A stretch of 64,000 nt of DNA from contig DJHK01000001.1 of the NCBI GenBank assembly GCA_002433065.1, positions 41,665-105,664 of the forward strand. Direction: 5' to 3'. How positions within the stretch are numbered: the first letter of the stretch is position 1; each line of letters begins with the position of its first letter. The stretch is from Chloroflexi bacterium UBA6622 (lineage in GTDB: Bacteria > Chloroflexota > UBA11872). Below, one piece after another: positions 59,509 to 64,000 of this stretch. The translations under genes and the position numbers were made by a program. Under the pieces are notes generated by a model. The model made no database searches. It saw only the letters and a list, made by a program, of their open reading frames with translations, and was not told the origin of the DNA.

Positions 59509-61518
59509 TCATCGGGGAAATGCACCGGTAACACCGCCATCAACCGGAATAACCGCGCCAGTAGTTGCCGCTGATCGATCACTTGCCAAAAAAAATACGG
59601 CCTCGGCAACTTCTGTGCCTGTAATTTTCGTCCTCAGCAAGTTGCGATCTTTATAGTAATTTTCCAACTTGCCTATTGGGACGCCATGAGCGGCAGCTCG
59701 ACCTTCCCTAATCTTCTTGCTCCATAGCTTGGATTCTTCAAATACCGCGTCCGGATTAACCATATTGACCCTGATATTATGCTCACCATTCTCGATGGCA
59801 AGCACGCGGCCAAGTTGTAACTCGGCTGCCTTCGCAGCACTATAAGCTCCAAAATCTCTGCCAGGATCAAAAGTGTTCTTAGTGCAAACAAGCACGAGAT
59901 TTCCTCCAAGATCTTGGTTGCGAAGCCATCGAACCGCTTCGCTAAGGACCAGGAAATGGCCGGTGGCATTTATATCGAAACTACGATTCCACGCCGCCAA
60001 CGTCAGTTTGTGGATCGCAGAGGCTTCAGCTCTTCCTGCATTGGAAACAACGATGTCTAAACCACCTGTTCCAAGCACCATCTTTCTAAAAGCAGCTGAA
60101 ATCGACTTTTGGTCAGTAACATCCAAGCCCATCGATTCAGCCACCCCGCCATCGTTCCGAATACCTTCCGCAACCTGCTCAGCACGAACAACATCAATAT
60201 CCGTGACGAACACGTGAGCTCCATCAGCCGCCAACCTTCTGGCAACCGACTTACCAATACCGCTGGCCGCGCCAGTAACCGCCGCCACACGACCAGCGAG
60301 CTCGCGATCTGCTGGACCATGCATTAGCTTGTAGAGTTCCAGCGGCCAATACTCAATTTCGTATAAATCTCGCTCCGGAAGCGCCTGGTACCTGTCAATC
60401 GCTGAAGCCGCTTCAATCACGTCCATCGTGTGGCGATAAATTTCGCCAACCTTGTCAGCTTCGCTAGCCGTCCGGCCCGTACTAAACATACCGATTCCCG
60501 GCGCCAAGATGACTCTCGGAAATGGGTCATGCATAAACGACGAGGCATCTCCGCCACATCGAGCAACATAGCCACGATATTGATCTTCGTAATTGTTAAT
60601 TTCACGAACAATATCGACGGTCTCGGAACCATGTAGAACCATGGGTAATTGCTTTGTTCGCAAAATATGATCCGGAGTTACTGGACCCTTTTGGGAAATT
60701 TCATCCACATCATCCCTGTCGACAAACTGGCGAACCCGTGAGGCCCCGTCAAACCTCAAGATCATTCGATTCCTGATGCTTAACTGGCCACGCAATCGTG
60801 TCGCGAGACCAGCCGCCACCCTTGAAGTCCGTTGGCGACCAGCAGGCGGCGTCTTCCAGACTTTTCGGATAGAGTTTTCCGCCCGGGACACCAATTCAAT
60901 ATGGCGCTCATATGACTCTCGTGCGGATTCTCCAAAAGTGACTAATCCATGATTTTCCAAAATTAGGCCGACCACAGATGGATCATTGTCATACACATCT
61001 GCTGCTGCTTTTGAAAGCAAAAACCCAGGTTTTATATACGGAACGATCCCAACATCCTCAGCAAACACATCTCTAACAACTGCTTGGCCCGATGGCTGGT
61101 TCGTCAGCGCCAATATTGCATCCGCATGACTGTGATCCACCCAATCAAGAGGAATAAACGCGTGTAACAGCGTTTCAATAGACGGTCGAGGCGCCACTGT
61201 GTTGAGAAGAGCCCGTGCCACCAGTTCAACCATGAGATCGTCGGCCATGCTGCTTCGCGTCCGCAGGCGAACTAGCGGATCCAAGGCCAACGGTGAAAAG
61301 CCGCCAACATCAATCGTTGCCAGATCAGTTCCACTGCCCTTAATACTAAGGACTCGAACAACGCCGCCCGCTTCATCCTCCATTTCATGCTTGACTGAGG
61401 TGTTTCCACCCCCATACAGCACGAGCGAAGACTCAGATCCAAGAAGACGCGAGGAATAGACGCGCAGCGCCAACGGGTCCAAGCCCGTAGCCTCACGGTC
61501 AGTCCAGTTCGATCTCAA
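59509..61518 (-). CDS. Bifunctional class II aldolase/adducin-domain plus short-chain dehydrogenase protein (YuxG/RhaD-like rhamnulose-1-phosphate aldolase / lactaldehyde dehydrogenase type)
   Basis: 669 aa. The N-terminal part of about 440 aa is a class II aldolase fold. The C-terminal SDR has TGAASGIGKSV (glycine-rich NAD site), NAG and the catalytic YxxxK context. Confidence 0.8.
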   Translation of the reverse strand: MRSNWTDREATGLDPLALRVYSSRLLGSESSLVLYGGGNTSVKHEMEDEAGGVVRVLSIKGSGTDLATIDVGGFSPLALDPLVRLRTRSSMADDLMVELVARALLNTVAPRPSIETLLHAFIPLDWVDHSHADAILALTNQPSGQAVVRDVFAEDVGIVPYIKPGFLLSKAAADVYDNDPSVVGLILENHGLVTFGESARESYERHIELVSRAENSIRKVWKTPPAGRQRTSRVAAGLATRLRGQLSIRNRMILRFDGASRVRQFVDRDDVDEISQKGPVTPDHILRTKQLPMVLHGSETVDIVREINNYEDQYRGYVARCGGDASSFMHDPFPRVILAPGIGMFSTGRTASEADKVGEIYRHTMDVIEAASAIDRYQALPERDLYEIEYWPLELYKLMHGPADRELAGRVAAVTGAASGIGKSVARRLAADGAHVFVTDIDVVRAEQVAEGIRNDGGVAESMGLDVTDQKSISAAFRKMVLGTGGLDIVVSNAGRAEASAIHKLTLAAWNRSFDINATGHFLVLSEAVRWLRNQDLGGNLVLVCTKNTFDPGRDFGAYSAAKAAELQLGRVLAIENGEHNIRVNMVNPDAVFEESKLWSKKIREGRAAAHGVPIGKLENYYKDRNLLRTKITGTEVAEAVFFLASDRSAATTGAVIPVDGGVTGAFPR

Positions 61519-61533
61519 ATTTGTATACCTCAG

Positions 61534-62346
61534 TTATTCGCGAAGAGGCGCCGTCGGTTCTCGCGTGACAGTCTTTCCAGCTTCACCAGCCACTGTGCAA
61601 AACAACGCATGGGTCTTTTCCAGAAGAATGTTGGGATCAATCCCGTCCTCAGAACGAACAACAATGTCCACCGGCAAACCATTTTCACGAGACTGTCCCA
61701 CATAGGCCTTGAGATACGCTGTAGGAATCTCGTTCATCACACGCTGCATAAACGGTGACGTTTCCGATTCAAACGAGTCAACGTAAACACGTAAACGAGC
61801 AGTCTGCGCCGAAAACATATCTTGAATCGCCGGCTGAATGTGGTGAGTAAAACACCCCTCGACCTCTCGCGGTGGTCCTGGCATCGACCAAATCAAGCTC
61901 TTATTAACCTCCGTCGCAAAACACGGCGCCCATCCCACAGGGTTCAAATACAGTGTCGAGGACGCAGGAATAGACCCCATCTTGATACGCGGAGGCGTCG
62001 AGACCTCTTCAACGGTCATCTCCCGACGACGAGCAAAGTCCTCAAGAACCTCCGTAGGGGTGTGTACCCGGCTACCCGCAACGGCCGCTACAGCATCAAC
62101 TGTTAGATCGTCTGGGGTCGGACCTAAACCACCGGTTGTAATGATCAACCTCGCATCACGATCAACAGCCGCTTGAAGTTCCTCTTTCAACGCCCGTAAA
62201 TCATCGGCGAGTGCGGTCACCCGTCGAACGTCCCCACCGGCCAGAGTAATCTCACCGGCCAACCAGTGAGAGTTGGTATCGAGCACTAATCCGGACACGA
62301 GTTCCGTCCCAATCGAGAAAATCTCGACTTTGTCATTCATAATCAA
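61534..62346 (-). CDS. CinA-like protein, N-terminal MoCF-binding domain only (no PncC deamidase domain)
   Basis: KVEIFSIGTELVSGLVLDTNSHWLA ... IITTGGLGPTPDDLT is the CinA/MoaB-like N-domain. At 270 aa it is too short to include the C-terminal CinA deamidase domain. Confidence 0.7.
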   Translation of the reverse strand: MIMNDKVEIFSIGTELVSGLVLDTNSHWLAGEITLAGGDVRRVTALADDLRALKEELQAAVDRDARLIITTGGLGPTPDDLTVDAVAAVAGSRVHTPTEVLEDFARRREMTVEEVSTPPRIKMGSIPASSTLYLNPVGWAPCFATEVNKSLIWSMPGPPREVEGCFTHHIQPAIQDMFSAQTARLRVYVDSFESETSPFMQRVMNEIPTAYLKAYVGQSRENGLPVDIVVRSEDGIDPNILLEKTHALFCTVAGEAGKTVTREPTAPLRE

Positions 62347-62392
62347 GGTACCCGAAGTTCAACGCATCGCATTCTACGGCTGATCACAGAAC

Positions 62393-63214
62393 TTGATGAT
62401 AGGAGAACTAGAGAACATGGGCGCAGATTGGTATGCCCAGAGAGGCTTCACAAGCGAGATGGTTCGGCGCGCGCGCGCTTGGTACCTACAGTTTCTACCC
62501 AAACCTGGGGATCTGCTCGATGTGGGCTGTGGTCGTGGCGAGTTTCTGGATGCCGCATCAGAGGCTAACCATCAAGTCACTGGCGTCGATCATGACCCTT
62601 CAATGATTGCTGCTGCCGGCCATCTCAACATTCATGAAAACCACGTGCTGGATTATCTTCAGACCACCTCAAACCTTTATGATGCAATTACTGCTTTTCA
62701 TGTCATAGAACATTTAGAAATTCGGGATGCGTCCGCATTCATCCGCCTTGCGGCCGACAGATTACGCCCGGGTGGACGATTGATTATCGCCACACCAAAC
62801 CCTGGCAGCCTTCCCACCATCACACATGAGTTTTGGCGTGATCCCACTCACGTTAGACCCTATGACCGTGAGTTGATCGAATACTTGACGACCACATCCG
62901 GACTAACAACCGAATCGGCGGGTGTAAACCCAGAATCTGAACGCGGGTTGCCCGTCAATCTGGACGATCTCAGCTTAAGCTCAGTCTCAAAAAGTTTAGA
63001 GTCCCGCGATGACGAAAGCCTCGTTTCCCGGTGGGTGGCCGGACGTCTCGCATCATCAAGCTACGCCAAAAACCTTGAACGTAGCCTTCATGAAACAACC
63101 GACGGTCTTTTGCATACCCGCCAAGAACTTGACCGAATAGCTGGCCTGCTTCGACGCTTTTTAGAGGTGGCCTATGAACCATCCGAGATCTATGTAGTGG
63201 CTCAAAACTGTTAG
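62393..63214 (+). CDS. Class I SAM-dependent methyltransferase
   Basis: Motif I LLDVGCGRGEF and a post-I acidic residue, with Rossmann-like MTase topology. Confidence 0.75.
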   Translation: MMIGELENMGADWYAQRGFTSEMVRRARAWYLQFLPKPGDLLDVGCGRGEFLDAASEANHQVTGVDHDPSMIAAAGHLNIHENHVLDYLQTTSNLYDAITAFHVIEHLEIRDASAFIRLAADRLRPGGRLIIATPNPGSLPTITHEFWRDPTHVRPYDRELIEYLTTTSGLTTESAGVNPESERGLPVNLDDLSLSSVSKSLESRDDESLVSRWVAGRLASSSYAKNLERSLHETTDGLLHTRQELDRIAGLLRRFLEVAYEPSEIYVVAQNC

Positions 63215-64000
63215 GACGGAACTACAGGGCGATCAACTGGCGGAGACATCGTCTCAACTTCCCTCATTTTGCCAGCTACATAACTGTGCACGAGCGGAAC
63301 ATTGGGAAGCAGCACATATTTGCCCTTGTCATCAATGAACGGTGGAGCTTCTTTGTAGGTAAGCCCTCCTTGGACAAGCCGATCTGTCCCAATGGAGAGA
63401 ATCAACTTGGCCATAGATGGAACTACATCCAGCGGAAGATTGGACTCAAACGCATTGTTTAGTTCGTGCACCAAACTCGGAGAATCAATGATTCTCTGTG
63501 GCGATAGTGCCTGTTGTGCCAGCGCTACAACCACCTGCCGCTGTCGCTCGTCCCGACCGAAATTTCCAATGTTTCGACGAGAACGTATGTAACGAAGCGC
63601 CGTGTCACCATCAAGGCGTTGGGTCCCAGCCTTAAGACTAAACGGCTCAAAACCAGTGTCCGTAGCATTGGGATAGCCAGAATCATAGATGTCTTTAAGA
63701 ACATCTACTTCGACTCCCCCAACAAAGTCAACAAGTCGACGAAATCCACTGAAATCCATCGTTATCCAATAATCCGCCTGCACACCAAGAAGATCACTTA
63801 CCTGCTGGAGCAGGACGTCAGGGCCATCACTCTGCCAGACCTGATTTATGCGCCGGGCATTCGTTCGACAATTAGCTATGCATATGTCGCGTGGAACCGA
63901 TATAAGCGTTGCCGAATGGGTTTGAGGATCAACCCGTACTAGAACTATGGCGTCCGTCCGACCACCCGGCTCACCCGGCCTCCGATCTAAACCTAAAAAC
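63211..64000 (-). CDS. LytR-CpsA-Psr (LCP) family protein; 5' end beyond window
   Basis: The track ORF (63211-63783) starts at an internal GTG. The frame stays open to the window edge. Upstream it encodes RTDAIVLVRVDPQTHSATLISVPRD, and further on GDTALRYIRSR. These are LCP signatures. Confidence 0.75.
   Translation of the reverse strand, partial: FLGLDRRPGEPGGRTDAIVLVRVDPQTHSATLISVPRDICIANCRTNARRINQVWQSDGPDVLLQQVSDLLGVQADYWITMDFSGFRRLVDFVGGVEVDVLKDIYDSGYPNATDTGFEPFSLKAGTQRLDGDTALRYIRSRRNIGNFGRDERQRQVVVALAQQALSPQRIIDSPSLVHELNNAFESNLPLDVVPSMAKLILSIGTDRLVQGGLTYKEAPPFIDDKGKYVLLPNVPLVHSYVAGKMREVETMSPPVDRPVVPS

Noticed and set aside
1-64000. CRISPR arrays, tRNA/rRNA genes, IS elements, integrases, phage genes, toxin-antitoxin or other defence-system modules
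   Set aside because: I looked for short direct repeats with spacers, the tRNA T-arm GTTCGAAT consensus in intergenic gaps, and transposase, integrase, nuclease or ATPase domain hallmarks among the ORFs. None were found. The window is housekeeping and metabolic genes with essentially no free intergenic space.

Overview
This 64-kb window is almost entirely coding and comes from a compact bacterial chromosome; about 55% GC is an estimate by eye. Genes frequently overlap by 4 bp in ATGA or GTGA junctions. I found no rRNA, tRNA, CRISPR array, transposase, integrase or conspicuous repeat, and no recognisable defence or toxin system. The gene organisation (small PurL plus PurS plus PurQ, an EF-G paralogue, an LCP protein, an MsmX-type solitary ABC ATPase) is of the Gram-positive or Terrabacteria type, but I cannot assign a taxon from sequence alone. 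In order, the content is: the 3' end of lon; mreB-mreC-mreD-mrdA(PBP2)-rodA-thrB; an 11-gene translationally coupled purine operon guaA-purD-purB-purC-purS-purQ-purL-purF-purM-purN-purH; tsaE-tsaB-rimI-tsaD; a GT4 glycosyltransferase, a C-terminally extended mraY, and murF; a MetH/AcsE-type pterin-binding methyltransferase next to folP; an accessory block with a lipoprotein, a 1002-aa polytopic membrane protein, a cupin, an aldo/keto reductase, a Gfo/Idh/MocA oxidoreductase, an EamA transporter and an HD hydrolase; proB-proA; an EF-G2-like GTPase; an M42 peptidase; ggt; a crp/fnr regulator; nusA-ylxR-infB-rbfA-truB-ribF; a carbohydrate salvage-like operon (galU-like, glucuronokinase-like GHMP kinase, FGGY kinase, a homocysteine-methyltransferase-domain protein, DUF624, MsmX-like ATPase); a YuxG/RhaD-like aldolase-SDR fusion; a CinA N-domain protein; a SAM methyltransferase; and the 3' part of an LCP gene. 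The points most worth a second look are these. First, rbfA and the galU-like gene have conserved N-termini that lie upstream of any ATG/GTG/TTG, with good Shine-Dalgarno sequences in front of ATT and CTG codons. Second, a GlcAK-like anomeric sugar kinase is translationally coupled to a GalU-like uridylyltransferase. Third, a 1002-aa membrane protein has GT-C-like architecture. Fourth, MetH-type pterin-binding and Hcy-binding domains occur as separate genes. Product names are assigned from motifs I recognise by eye or recall from memory, not from database searches. Coordinates follow the supplied ORF track except where stated.
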